Source: Nitrospirota bacterium (GTDB taxonomy: Bacteria; Nitrospirota; UBA9217). From it: a stretch of DNA of 64,000 nt. The first letter of the stretch is position 1. Every line of letters begins with the position of its first letter. Under the pieces are notes generated by a model. That model searched no databases, was not told the DNA's origin, and saw nothing but the letters and a program-made list of their open reading frames with translations. Below are positions 29,220 through 39,339 of the stretch, piece by piece. Position numbers and translations under genes: made by a program. Location: positions 1,152,001-1,216,000 of the forward strand of contig CAWJQQ010000001.1 of assembly GCA_963845065.1 (NCBI GenBank), read 5' to 3'.

Positions 29220-29942
29220 ATGCAGGCACTTGAAACAAAAAAACTTGAAAAAAGCTACCGCGGTAGAAAAATTGTGCGTGGTATCAGCTTGCAGGTGAAC
29301 CAAGGAGAGATTGTCGGTTTACTCGGTCCGAACGGGGCCGGGAAAACGACTACTTTTTACATGGTGGTCGGTCTAGTTAGGCCTGACCAAGGCAGGGTAC
29401 TTCTCAACGGGAAAGATATCACAAAGATGCCGATGTACCAACGGGCGCGGAATGGCATCGGTTATTTGCCCCAGGAACCATCAGTATTTCGCAGGCTGAC
29501 AGTAGCGGAGAACCTGATGGCCATCCTTGAGACGATGGATTTGGCAGGCGTCGAGCGAAAGGAACGGTGTGATCAACTACTGCAGGAACTGGGAATCGCT
29601 CATCTTGCGGACAGTAAGGCCTACACTCTATCGGGAGGGGAACGCCGGCGCGTGGAGATAGCCCGTGCACTCACCCTATCCCCGAAATTTATTCTACTTG
29701 ATGAACCTTTCGCTGGAATTGACCCATTGGCAGTGCAGGATATCCAGGGAATTATTTCTCTTTTAAAAGAGAAGATGATTGGGATCCTTATTACCGACCA
29801 CAATGTGAGGGAAACTCTTGCGATAACCGACCGCGCATACATCATAAGTGATGGGAAAATTATCGAAGCCGGGACGGCATCTGAAATTACCGCAAGCCAG
29901 CGTGTAAGACAGTTTTATTTAGGCGAAGCTTTTCGGTTATAA
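29220..29942 (+). CDS. lptB: LPS export ABC ATPase
   Basis: [44 protein letters not shown]. Confidence 0.97.
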   Translation: MQALETKKLEKSYRGRKIVRGISLQVNQGEIVGLLGPNGAGKTTTFYMVVGLVRPDQGRVLLNGKDITKMPMYQRARNGIGYLPQEPSVFRRLTVAENLMAILETMDLAGVERKERCDQLLQELGIAHLADSKAYTLSGGERRRVEIARALTLSPKFILLDEPFAGIDPLAVQDIQGIISLLKEKMIGILITDHNVRETLAITDRAYIISDGKIIEAGTASEITASQRVRQFYLGEAFRL

Positions 29943-30003
29943 TAAAAGGAGAGAAGCGAGGTCATAATCCGGGGAACATAGAGCACAAGGAGAGTAATCT
30001 GAG

Positions 30004-30058
30004 AAGTTGCCGGGGATTTCTTTAATCTTAAAAAAGCTGACTGTTCCCGGCAATTTTT
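30004..30058 (+). terminator. Possible terminator-like inverted repeat between lptB and rpoN
   Basis: TTGCCGGG...CCCGGCAA arms with a long loop, followed by a T run. Confidence 0.3.
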
Positions 30059-30101
30059 GTTTATCAGTGACTTTCATCCGGATTAAGTCTTTGTGGTGAT
30101 C

Positions 30102-31574
30102 ATGGAAGCACGACTAGAATTAAAACTTTCTCAAAAACTGATCATGACGCCTCAGCTACAGCAGGCCATCAAACTGCTGCAGCTGTCACGATTGGAACTG
30201 GTCCAGTCGATTTCGCAAGAACTCATTGAAAATCCGGTCTTAGAAGAGGTTTCTCCGGAGGCTTCGGACGAGGAAACCACGGAGAGTGAAAACGCTTCAC
30301 CCTCCGACCAGCAGGTGTCTTCGGAGCAAACGGCGGAGAGCGCAGCGGAGCCGGATCATGCTGCAGAGCTTAAAAGCGATCTCGAGGTCGGCCCTCAATG
30401 GGACGAGTATATGAACGAGCTCGGAGACGGCCGTGATTACGGCAGTTTCGAAGCTGATGATAAAGAACTCCCTTCCTATGATCAGACACTGACTCGCCTT
30501 CCTACTTTGAACGATCACTTATCATGGCAACTTCACCTGTCAACATCGGACCTCAACCTGGTAAAAGGGGGAGAGTGGATCATCGGCAACATCGACGACG
30601 ATGGTTATCTTCGTTCTTCACTAGATGAGATTGCCCAGCAATCGGGCATAGCTCACGCTGATATGGAGAGGGCGCTTGCTCTGATTCAAAATTTCGAACC
30701 TGCGGGTGTTGGCGCACGCGATCTGCGTGAATGTCTGCTCATTCAAGTCAAACAACTCGATATGCAGGGTACGTTGGTCGAAAAGATCATAGAAACATAT
30801 CTCCCGGACCTGGAGAAACGGAAATATCCTGTTATCGCAAAGGCCCTTGCCATTACGACGCAGGAGGTGATGGAGGCGGCAGAGATCATCGTCCATGAAC
30901 TGGAACCGAAACCGGGACGACCTTATATTGCTTCCGATACGAACTATGTAGTTCCGGACGTTTATGTCGTCAAGGTGGAGGAACGGTATGAAGTCCACCT
31001 GAATGATGAAGGACTTCCCCGAGTGCGCATCAACTCCTACTATCGCAAACTTCTGAGCAGAAAAGATAACATCGATAAGGTGACGAAGGATTACGTTGAA
31101 GAGCGGCTTCGTTCCGCCCAATGGCTCATCAAAGGCATGGAACAACGAAATAAAACGATCTACAAAGTGGCCGAGAGCATCGTCAAGTTCCAACTTGAAT
31201 TCCTCGACAAAGGCATAACGCAGCTGAGACCGATGGTTCTCAAAGACGTCGCTGAAGATATCGGTATGCATGAATCAACGATCAGCCGTGTGACAACAAA
31301 CAAGTATATGCATACTCCCCAAGGTATTTTCCCGATGAAATACTTCTTTACGACGGGTTTCTCCGCAGGCACCGGAACTGAGATTTCCTCACTGACCGTC
31401 AAGGATTCCATCCAGAAAATGATCAAGGAGGAAGACCCATCAGCACCATTGAAGGATCAGCAGATCGTTGACTCTTTAAAAGTGCAGGGCGTCGATATTG
31501 CACGGAGAACTGTGGCAAAATACCGCGAGGAGCTGAGAATACCTCCGACCAGCGTCAGAAAACGTATCGGATGA
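30102..31574 (+). CDS. rpoN: RNA polymerase sigma-54 factor
   Basis: MTPQLQQAIKLLQL, HESTISRVT, RpoN box ARRTVAKYRE. Confidence 0.98.
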   Translation: MEARLELKLSQKLIMTPQLQQAIKLLQLSRLELVQSISQELIENPVLEEVSPEASDEETTESENASPSDQQVSSEQTAESAAEPDHAAELKSDLEVGPQWDEYMNELGDGRDYGSFEADDKELPSYDQTLTRLPTLNDHLSWQLHLSTSDLNLVKGGEWIIGNIDDDGYLRSSLDEIAQQSGIAHADMERALALIQNFEPAGVGARDLRECLLIQVKQLDMQGTLVEKIIETYLPDLEKRKYPVIAKALAITTQEVMEAAEIIVHELEPKPGRPYIASDTNYVVPDVYVVKVEERYEVHLNDEGLPRVRINSYYRKLLSRKDNIDKVTKDYVEERLRSAQWLIKGMEQRNKTIYKVAESIVKFQLEFLDKGITQLRPMVLKDVAEDIGMHESTISRVTTNKYMHTPQGIFPMKYFFTTGFSAGTGTEISSLTVKDSIQKMIKEEDPSAPLKDQQIVDSLKVQGVDIARRTVAKYREELRIPPTSVRKRIG

Positions 31575-31628
31575 TGCCAGAGACCAAATGGAGTGTAACA
31601 CTATTCAACAGGAGATCAGGAGGTCAGT

Positions 31629-32168
31629 ATGCAGGTAAGCGTTATAGGCAGACACATCGAAGTGACAGATTCTCTCAAACAGTATGCGACAGAGAAATTC
31701 AGCAGGCTGGAGAAGTATCTGCCACAAAAAGTGCAAGCAGTTATTACTCTTTCAGTGGTGAAAAAAGTGCACCATACTGCGGAGGCTACAATAAAGTCAA
31801 ATGGTTTGCTGATCCAGGCGTCTGAGGAAACCGAGGAGATGTACTCTGCAATCGACCTGCTTATTGAGAAGATAGAAAGAAGGGTGCGGCGTTATAAGGA
31901 GAAATTAGTTGATCATAAACACCATACCTCAGGTAAGACGGAAGGACTGGGGGTAGCGCCCTCATCATCTCAAGTAGAAGACCGTATCCCCCAAATCATC
32001 AAGACGAAGCGGTTCGACCTTAAGCCCATGCAGCCAGAGGAAGCCGTCATGCAAATGGAACTCTTGGATAAGCAGTTTTTTATTTTTTCAAATGCAGGCA
32101 ACGGTCAAATTAATGTTATTTATAAGCGGAAAGACGGGAATGTTGGCCTTATCGAGCCTGCTCGATGA
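31629..32168 (+). CDS. hpf: Long ribosome hibernation promoting factor
   Basis: GRHIEVTDSLKQYA, MYSAID, KPMQPEEAVMQM, YKRKDGNVGLIE. Confidence 0.95.
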   Translation: MQVSVIGRHIEVTDSLKQYATEKFSRLEKYLPQKVQAVITLSVVKKVHHTAEATIKSNGLLIQASEETEEMYSAIDLLIEKIERRVRRYKEKLVDHKHHTSGKTEGLGVAPSSSQVEDRIPQIIKTKRFDLKPMQPEEAVMQMELLDKQFFIFSNAGNGQINVIYKRKDGNVGLIEPAR

Positions 32169-32183
32169 CGACGGATCTCTGCT

Positions 32184-32675
32184 ATGGTTACAATTAAGAA
32201 CCTGCTGCAAGATGATTTGATTCTTGAAGAGATGACCGCGACTGACAAACCGGGTGTGATACGTGAGTTTGCCAGGCTCCTGACCTCACAGGGCCGCGTG
32301 ATGAATGAGGATGAACTTGTTCGCGCACTTATTGATCGCGAATTACTTGGCAGCACGGGAATCGGCGGAGGCGTCGCCATTCCTCATGGCAAGTTAAAAA
32401 CGATCACGGATACGATCGTCGCATTCGGTAGATCGCGTGGCGGAGTGGATTTCCAAGCTCTTGATGGTAAACCTGTTTACCTTTTTTTTCTGCTCTTAAC
32501 GCCTCATCATATGTCGGGTGAGCATCTCAAAACGCTTGCTCGGATATCACGCATACTCAAAAGTAAAATTTTGTGTGAGAAGTTGCAGCACGCTTCGCTC
32601 CGGCAGGAATTACAGCACCTTATTTGCGAAGAAGACAGTAAATATCCACAGCCGCAGTCTGCGCAGCAGAAATGA
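32184..32675 (+). CDS. ptsN: PTS EIIA(Ntr)
   Basis: RELLGSTGIGGGVAIPHGK; HLKTLARISR; synteny. Confidence 0.92.
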   Translation: MVTIKNLLQDDLILEEMTATDKPGVIREFARLLTSQGRVMNEDELVRALIDRELLGSTGIGGGVAIPHGKLKTITDTIVAFGRSRGGVDFQALDGKPVYLFFLLLTPHHMSGEHLKTLARISRILKSKILCEKLQHASLRQELQHLICEEDSKYPQPQSAQQK

Positions 32676-33556
32676 CAATCAAAGTCAAAGATGTAATCGG
32701 CGCTGCGAGTGTGCTTTCTGGGCATAAGGGCCTCGGAAGGCAAATAACTTCGCCGGAGGTGGTTTCGCCTGACCTGTCTACCCTCACTTCCTGGAAAGGT
32801 GGGGAGTCAAACGTTCTTCATATCCGACCAAGCCAGCTAACGTACCTGTACTCGCTTCCTCCTGCTGAACGGCGAACGCTCGTTCGCTCGCTGATGAGAC
32901 TGAAGCCTTCATGCATCGTCGTGAACGGCGGCCCCATATGTAAAGAATTACTCGAAAAAGCAGATTCTTCCGGAATCACGATTTTGAAAACAGGAAGTAT
33001 CTCGAAGCTGGCGAAGATACTTTTGGATAACATTGTACGGAAAATAAGCCTTCACGGTGTCTTGGTAGAGATCTTCGGTCTCGGCACGCTCATAATTGGC
33101 GAAAGCGCTGTTGGAAAAAGTGAAGCAGCGCTCGACCTAGTTCTCCGGGGGCACAAGCTGAGTGCCGATGATCTTGTTATCCTCGAAAAAACTAGCGAGG
33201 GAATAATTGGCAAGTCAGCCGATCTGGGTTCAGATTTGCTGCAAATTCGCGGGCTCGGGATCATCAATGTGCGTGCCCTATACGGCGAATCGGCGACAGC
33301 GGCCGTTTGCAAGGTAGGTCTCGTCGTCGAACTGGAAGAGTGGAAGGAGGGAAATCAGTATAGTCTGGTAGGGCTTCGTGAGCGTCGCTACCGAATACTG
33401 GGTGTAAATATTCCCTACCTGAAGCTTCCGGTGAAACCTGGCCGCAATATGGCCACCCTTATTGAAGTTGCAGCGAGAAATCAGATGTTGAAAAACCGTG
33501 GGATATTTACTGCTAGAGACATAAGCAAACGACTGCAGAAAAGGCTATCAGGATGA
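32672..33556 (+). CDS. hprK: HPr kinase/phosphorylase
   Basis: LHGVLV, GESAVGKSE, ADD, IRGLGIINV, PVKPGRN. Confidence 0.93.
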   Translation: MTIKVKDVIGAASVLSGHKGLGRQITSPEVVSPDLSTLTSWKGGESNVLHIRPSQLTYLYSLPPAERRTLVRSLMRLKPSCIVVNGGPICKELLEKADSSGITILKTGSISKLAKILLDNIVRKISLHGVLVEIFGLGTLIIGESAVGKSEAALDLVLRGHKLSADDLVILEKTSEGIIGKSADLGSDLLQIRGLGIINVRALYGESATAAVCKVGLVVELEEWKEGNQYSLVGLRERRYRILGVNIPYLKLPVKPGRNMATLIEVAARNQMLKNRGIFTARDISKRLQKRLSG

Positions 33557-34416
33557 AAAGTACTCGAGTCATTGTTGTAACGGGACTTTCGGGATCGGGT
33601 AGGAGCGCTGCTCTCAAGGCTTTTGAGGACATCGGTTTCTACTGTGTTGATAATCTCCCACTTGCGCTTCTTTCTGCGTTCGTCGGGTTTGCACAGCAAT
33701 CAGAGGAAACCACCCGCTCCGCAATCGGTATCGACATTAGGGAAAAGGGATTCCCCAAGAATTTTCCCATGCTGTTTGGACGGCTTAAAAGCCAGGGCTA
33801 CACCATTGAAATGCTGTTCCTCGATGCGTCCGACCAGACTATTGTGCGGCGTTTCAGCGAGACGCGCAGGCCCCATCCTCTGGCAAAAGGAACCACCTCG
33901 CTACTGGACGGCATTCGCAAAGAACGTGAAGCGCTTAGCGAGGTCAAAAAACTTGCTGACCGGATCATTGATACATCTGACTACACAGTCCACGATCTGC
34001 GACAAACAGTCGAACGTCAATATTCTGCAAGTGACAGCGATCGGCCGATGGTGGTTACAATCGTTACCTTCGGTTATAAATTCGGTGTGCCCTATGATCT
34101 CGATCTGCTCTTTGATCTGAGATTTTTGCCGAACCCGCATTTTGTGCCAGAGTTGAGACCGCTTACAGGGGAGGATGCCAGTGTCAGTGGCTACATCATG
34201 GAAAACCCTGATTCGAAGGAGTTTCTGAAGAAACTCCTTGAATTTCTTGAATACCTTTTACCTCGGTACCGTCGTGAGGGGAAAAGTTACCTTACTATTG
34301 GCTTCGGATGCACTGGTGGCAGACACCGTTCAGTTGCACTTTCCCTCATTATTGCAGCGCGGCTCAGAGAGAGCGGCTACGATGTAGTCGTCAAACATCG
34401 AGACATCGGCGTCTGA
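33553..34416 (+). CDS. rapZ: RNase adapter RapZ
   Basis: TGLSGSG, VDNLP, FSETRRPHP, RFLPNPHF, GCTGGRHRSV. Confidence 0.95.
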   Translation: MKSTRVIVVTGLSGSGRSAALKAFEDIGFYCVDNLPLALLSAFVGFAQQSEETTRSAIGIDIREKGFPKNFPMLFGRLKSQGYTIEMLFLDASDQTIVRRFSETRRPHPLAKGTTSLLDGIRKEREALSEVKKLADRIIDTSDYTVHDLRQTVERQYSASDSDRPMVVTIVTFGYKFGVPYDLDLLFDLRFLPNPHFVPELRPLTGEDASVSGYIMENPDSKEFLKKLLEFLEYLLPRYRREGKSYLTIGFGCTGGRHRSVALSLIIAARLRESGYDVVVKHRDIGV

Positions 34417-34527
34417 GAGGTGTTTGTCGGGTCCTTAGTATTATCAAAATAAAACCTCTTAGGGGATTACGTTGACAGCTTTTTCGGCTTGTATAACTCT
34501 TCGGACTTATTGAAAGGAGACAGCGGC

Positions 34528-34929
34528 ATGATCGGACTGGTAGTTGTATGTCATGAAGATATGGGCGCTGAACTTGTGAAAGCCACTGAGATGATTGTTG
34601 GTAAAATCGCAGCCGTGGCGACCGTCAGTGTAAAGCAGGAAAGCGCACCCGAACTGCTCCGAGACGAGATCCAGGCCGCCATAAAAAAGGTAGATCGAAA
34701 CAATGGAGTTATGTTGTTAACGGATATGTTTGGTGGAACGCCGTCTAATATCGCCCTAGCCTTCTTAGGAGAGACCATTGAGGTGGTGACCGGCGTTAAT
34801 CTTTCGATGCTCATTAAATTTGCGAATCATCGGGATGAGAAATCATTGCACGACCTTGCAAAACTCATACAGGAAGCCGCCCAGAAAAGTATCGTTATTG
34901 CAAGCCAGATGTTGAAAGGGAAGAAGTGA
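34528..34929 (+). CDS. PTS mannose/fructose/sorbose family EIIA
   Basis: VVVCHE, DMFGGTPSN, GVNLSML; AAGGAG RBS. Confidence 0.92.
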   Translation: MIGLVVVCHEDMGAELVKATEMIVGKIAAVATVSVKQESAPELLRDEIQAAIKKVDRNNGVMLLTDMFGGTPSNIALAFLGETIEVVTGVNLSMLIKFANHRDEKSLHDLAKLIQEAAQKSIVIASQMLKGKK

Positions 34930-35074
34930 AAGCGCAAGGAATAAACGGCAGAGTCGGGGATGAAAGTCTCTTTCATGAAAGTGTGAGCTGATCCATCATG
35001 GCTGCGAGTCACGCGCGTACAGTATTCGTTACGATCAATCATATGTTGCCGTATTTTTAAAGAAGGATATCGCA

Positions 35075-35575
35075 ATGATTGTATTGAGCAGAATAGACGA
35101 CAGATTGATTCACGGACAGGTGGTTGAAGGGTGGGTAAATTTTCTTCAGGCTACCTGCATTCTAGTTGCAGACGATGCTGTTGCATCAAACACGTTGCAG
35201 CGTTCTATCATGGAGCTGTCAGTTCCGCAGGGGCTTAAAGTTTTTATCGGCCGTGTTGAGGAAATTTGCGAACAACTGCTCGCAAAGTCACTCGATGCTG
35301 AGAGGGCCATTCTCTTGTTTTCGAATCCAAGTGACGTGTTACGAGCGATAAAAGACGGGCTAGAATGCCGAGCCATTAACATAGGGGGGATGCATTATGT
35401 GCCTGGTAAACGAAAACTTATCGATGTACTTGCCGTGAATGAAGAGGACCTCGAAGCTCTTAGGGAAATTGCAGCGCGGGGGATAAAGATTGACGTTCAA
35501 GCCGTCCCTACGCAGCGTGCGCGTCCGCTCGAAAAAATATTTTCCGTCTGTTCAGTTGATGAGAAGAAAAAATAA
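35075..35575 (+). CDS. PTS mannose family EIIB
   Basis: RIDDRLIHGQV, INIGGMH. Confidence 0.95.
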   Translation: MIVLSRIDDRLIHGQVVEGWVNFLQATCILVADDAVASNTLQRSIMELSVPQGLKVFIGRVEEICEQLLAKSLDAERAILLFSNPSDVLRAIKDGLECRAINIGGMHYVPGKRKLIDVLAVNEEDLEALREIAARGIKIDVQAVPTQRARPLEKIFSVCSVDEKKK

Positions 35576-35635
35576 CCAAAAATAATTTGGACGCCAGGTG
35601 TATCAACTGAGGCACAATGATTTGTAAAGGACTGT

Positions 35636-36415
35636 ATGCCTGTTATTAATTTACATATGATTGCTGCTATTGTCGGTATCTCAATTGTCGGCGGGCTCCT
35701 CGGCCTTGACAGGACAGCCGTAGGACAATTCATGATGTCCCAGCCGCTAGTTGCAGGGCCGATCACTGGTTGGCTGCTGGGAGATGCTAGGGCCGGACTC
35801 ATAATCGGTGTCGTGCTCGAGCTGATATGGCTCCTCGATATGCCAATTGGGAATTTCGTGCCTGCTGATGCAACGGCTATGAGCGTGTCTGCTTGTGCTA
35901 TTGCTGTACTCGGGAAGCCTGGCGGAGCGACACTGCCGGTGATCGGTTTCAGTCTGCTTTTGACAACTGCAATGGTGCCCTTGACAATGCAGGCTGACGC
36001 CTTTGTCCGCAGACGCAACTCTAAACTGGTGGAGAATGTACTATCAGCAAACGTTGACAATATGGCTCAAGCGATAACGCGGGCGCATATTTCCGGTATC
36101 CTCGCCTTTTTTCTGAAGTCATTCGTGTTATGTCTCTTCATCATTCCGGCAGGAATCGCGTCAGTTGTACTGTTTGGACACCTGCCTGGAATGGTACATC
36201 GCGCACTCTCTCTCTTTGTTAAACTGCTCCCGTTGCTAGGGGCCGCTCTGATCGCACGCAAACTATCGATTAAGGTGTTCGATCCTTTTTTACTCATCGG
36301 TTTTGTGATTGCCACGGTTTTCGTGTTATTATTCCATGTGCCCGTACTTATCGTCTTGCTGCTTACGGTAATTGCGGGCTGGTTCGGTGCCAGGTACAGT
36401 GAACAACGATCGTAA
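35636..36415 (+). CDS. PTS mannose family EIIC
   Basis: QFMMSQPLVAGPITGWLLGD, multi-TM. Confidence 0.9.
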   Translation: MPVINLHMIAAIVGISIVGGLLGLDRTAVGQFMMSQPLVAGPITGWLLGDARAGLIIGVVLELIWLLDMPIGNFVPADATAMSVSACAIAVLGKPGGATLPVIGFSLLLTTAMVPLTMQADAFVRRRNSKLVENVLSANVDNMAQAITRAHISGILAFFLKSFVLCLFIIPAGIASVVLFGHLPGMVHRALSLFVKLLPLLGAALIARKLSIKVFDPFLLIGFVIATVFVLLFHVPVLIVLLLTVIAGWFGARYSEQRS

Positions 36416-37181
36416 GAGCTTGGGGATATTTGATTTCTTTGGGGTATTCTGGAGATCGCTTCTGCTTCAGGCATCATGGAGCTTTGATCTCATGCAGACA
36501 CTGGGATTCGCATTTGCCATCGAGCCCGTGCTCAGAAAGTTCTATCCGGTCCGCACCGAGTATCATGCGAGGTTGAAAGAGCACATGGAGTATTTCAACA
36601 CGCAGCCTTACTTTGCCACATTCATCCTTGGAGCGGTAATGCGGCAAGAGGAGGACCGCGCAAATGGCAATGACCCGGTACGGGACATATCAGGTTTAAA
36701 AACTGCGCTCATGGCCCCACTGGGGGCATTAGGTGACAGTTTCTTTTGGGGAGCTCTAAATCCATTTGCCGCTATTATTGCAGTAGCAGCATTGATGATG
36801 GGATTATGGTGGGCACCGATACTTTATCTCGCCCTCTTTAACATATGGCATGTAAGCCTTCGAATTGGTCTTTTAATTTGGGGATACAGAAGCGGCGGCG
36901 ATGCAGTGTCACTTTTAGACATCTATAGCTTTACTAAGATGGCTAGACTCTTCAAAATCATATCACTCACGGTCCTCGGGGGCATTCTTGGCATGATGCC
37001 ACTTTGGAGACCGGCGTTCAGGCTCGAATACCCCACTTCAGGAGTATTCATCGTTTTTTCGTGCATGGCTTTAACGTTTGGCCTCGTAGCTATACTGAGG
37101 AGAGTCGGTTCTCCGATTAAACTCATGTTCGGGCTTGCAATCATTTGTTTGGCACTTGCATATGCGGGAGTTATTAGATGA
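36399..37181 (+). CDS. PTS mannose family EIID
   Basis: LQASWSF, FNTQPY, PLGALGDSFFWG; GTG start at 36399. Confidence 0.92.
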   Translation: MNNDRKSLGIFDFFGVFWRSLLLQASWSFDLMQTLGFAFAIEPVLRKFYPVRTEYHARLKEHMEYFNTQPYFATFILGAVMRQEEDRANGNDPVRDISGLKTALMAPLGALGDSFFWGALNPFAAIIAVAALMMGLWWAPILYLALFNIWHVSLRIGLLIWGYRSGGDAVSLLDIYSFTKMARLFKIISLTVLGGILGMMPLWRPAFRLEYPTSGVFIVFSCMALTFGLVAILRRVGSPIKLMFGLAIICLALAYAGVIR

Positions 37182-37447
37182 TTAGAAAAGAGCTTATGAT
37201 AGAAAACAAACTTGGTCTCCATGCACGAGCAGCGGCTCAAATCGTCAAGACTTCGAACATGTACGAGTCGAAAGTAACTATCAGCAAGGATGGGCTGGAA
37301 GTCGACGGCAAGAGCATTATGGGCATCATGATGCTTGCTGCGGCAAAAGGAAGCAACATTTTATTAAGTGTGCAGGGGAATGACGAAAACGAGGCGGTAG
37401 GTGGCCTCGAGAAGCTCTTCAAAAACAAGTTTGGAGAGAAAGAATAA
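37178..37447 (+). CDS. ptsH: Phosphocarrier HPr
   Basis: GLHARAAA (His15), KSIMG (Ser46). Confidence 0.96.
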   Translation: MIRKELMIENKLGLHARAAAQIVKTSNMYESKVTISKDGLEVDGKSIMGIMMLAAAKGSNILLSVQGNDENEAVGGLEKLFKNKFGEKE

Positions 37448-37524
37448 AGGTTTGGTTTAGCGTCCAAAGTTTAGAACTCAAAGGCGAGGCTGCCGCCCCT
37501 ATGGCTGCCTCAGGTAGGAATCGC

Positions 37525-39279
37525 ATGCACGAGAAAATATATAGAGGGATTGTCGCTTCGCCTGGCATCGTAATCGGCAGGGCCTATCTGCTCGACAGGC
37601 AGAAAATAGTTGTTGCTGGACGACGGATCGAAGACGTAAGTGTCAAAGACGAGGTGACACGCTTTAAAAAAGCCCTGGAGCTATCTCGTGGCCAACTGGA
37701 AGACCTCAAGAAGCGTATCAGTAAAGGGTTGGGGAAATCGCACCTCTACATCCTTGAAACCCATATCATGCTGCTGGAAGATAAGCTTTTGGTGGAAGGG
37801 ACAGTCAAGCGTATAAGGGAATCGTTCCTTAATGCTGAAGGCGCCCTAAAAGAAACGATTGTGGCCATCGGTCTCAAGTTCGATGCCATAGAGGATGAAT
37901 ATCTTCGCGAACGGAAACAGGACGTTGAACAGGTTGGCGAACGGGTCCTGAGGAACCTCGTCGGCCACAAACAGGAGAGTCTCGCCGACATAAAGGAGGA
38001 GGCTGTCATCGTAGCCCACGATCTAGCTCCTACCGATACAATCATGATGCGGAAGGATAAGATCCTTGGTTTTATAACAGATGCAGGCAGCAGAACTTCT
38101 CACACCGTCATTCTCGCCAGGTCTCTCGGTATACCAGCGGCAGTGGGACTGGAAAATATTACTGCTGCAGTCAAGACAGGCGACGTGGTCATTCTGGATG
38201 GTATTCATGGAGTAGTAATTGTTGACCCGGACGAGGAAACCTTCCTTGATTACCTAAAGAAACAACGCAGGTATAAGTATTTCGAGCAGGAACTGGAAAA
38301 GCTTAAAACGCTTCCCGCCGAAACCCTTGACGGACAGGTCATTGAATTGCAGGGAAACATAGAGTTGCCCGAAGAAGCGAATTCCACGGTTGAACACGGT
38401 GGTGCGGGAATTGGCCTCTACCGCACGGAGTTCCTTTTTCTGAACCGGCAGGTGCTGCCCACTGAAGATGAACACTATATTGCCTACCGCCAAGTAGCTG
38501 AACGGGCTGCCCCGCACGAAGTAGTAATCCGGACACTCGACGTAGGAGGGGACAAGGTCGGCTTCCCTGGTGAATTTGACCAGGAGGTAAACCCGGCGCT
38601 CGGATTGCGGGCGATACGTTTCTGCCTTCAGAAGCGCGATATGTTCAAGACCCAGCTTCGCGGTATACTGCGGGCCGCGGTACACGGTAATGTAAAGATA
38701 TTGATCCCGATGATCTCGAGCCTCACCGAAATCCGTGAAACAAAAAAACTGCTTGAAGAGGTCAAGGCCGAACTACGTTCCGAAGATAAGATTTTTCAAG
38801 AAGATCTAAAAATTGGTGTGATGATTGAGATTCCTTCTGCTGCGCTAATCGCGGATCTTCTTGCCAAAGAAGTGGATTTTTTTAGTGTGGGTACCAATGA
38901 CCTGATCCAGTACACTCTGGCGATCGACAGGCAAAATGAGCATGTAGCGTACATGTATGAACCTCTCGAACCGGCCGTACTCCGCCTGCTCCGGCGCGTG
39001 TCAGATGCTGCGCACCAAGCCAATATCCCGCTCGCGATGTGCGGTGAGATGGCAGGCGACCCGCTGTATGCAGCGATCCTGCTCGGTATGGGCTTCAAGC
39101 AATTGAGCATGAACGTGGCATCCATCCCTTGGGTGAAGCGAATCGTCCGATCCATCAGAATGCAGGATGCCGTAGAACTCGCAACGCTAGTTATGCAGCA
39201 AACGACAGCTTTGCAAGCAAGGAAATCAGTAGATAATTTTATCGAGGAGCGGTTTCCAGATCTGGCAGCCGAGTTATAA
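37525..39279 (+). CDS. ptsI: PEP-protein phosphotransferase EI (no GAF domain)
   Basis: SRTSHT, GLYRTEFLF, RTLDVGGDK, GTNDLIQY, CGEMAG. Confidence 0.96.
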   Translation: MHEKIYRGIVASPGIVIGRAYLLDRQKIVVAGRRIEDVSVKDEVTRFKKALELSRGQLEDLKKRISKGLGKSHLYILETHIMLLEDKLLVEGTVKRIRESFLNAEGALKETIVAIGLKFDAIEDEYLRERKQDVEQVGERVLRNLVGHKQESLADIKEEAVIVAHDLAPTDTIMMRKDKILGFITDAGSRTSHTVILARSLGIPAAVGLENITAAVKTGDVVILDGIHGVVIVDPDEETFLDYLKKQRRYKYFEQELEKLKTLPAETLDGQVIELQGNIELPEEANSTVEHGGAGIGLYRTEFLFLNRQVLPTEDEHYIAYRQVAERAAPHEVVIRTLDVGGDKVGFPGEFDQEVNPALGLRAIRFCLQKRDMFKTQLRGILRAAVHGNVKILIPMISSLTEIRETKKLLEEVKAELRSEDKIFQEDLKIGVMIEIPSAALIADLLAKEVDFFSVGTNDLIQYTLAIDRQNEHVAYMYEPLEPAVLRLLRRVSDAAHQANIPLAMCGEMAGDPLYAAILLGMGFKQLSMNVASIPWVKRIVRSIRMQDAVELATLVMQQTTALQARKSVDNFIEERFPDLAAEL

Positions 39280-39339
39280 GAAAATTGACCATTCGTCAGG
39301 CGCACATAGCTTAGAATAATAGGTTTGAAGGAGCAAGAT

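Noticed and set aside
34930..35074. Riboswitch between EIIA and EIIB (ACGGCA/TGCCGT and ATGAAAG/CTTTCAT stems)
   Set aside because: Short stems with no family motif; could be chance.
32672..39279. rpoN-linked complete mannose-type PTS as a novel system
   Set aside because: Ordinary, recognisable components in an arrangement known from deltaproteobacteria-like lineages.
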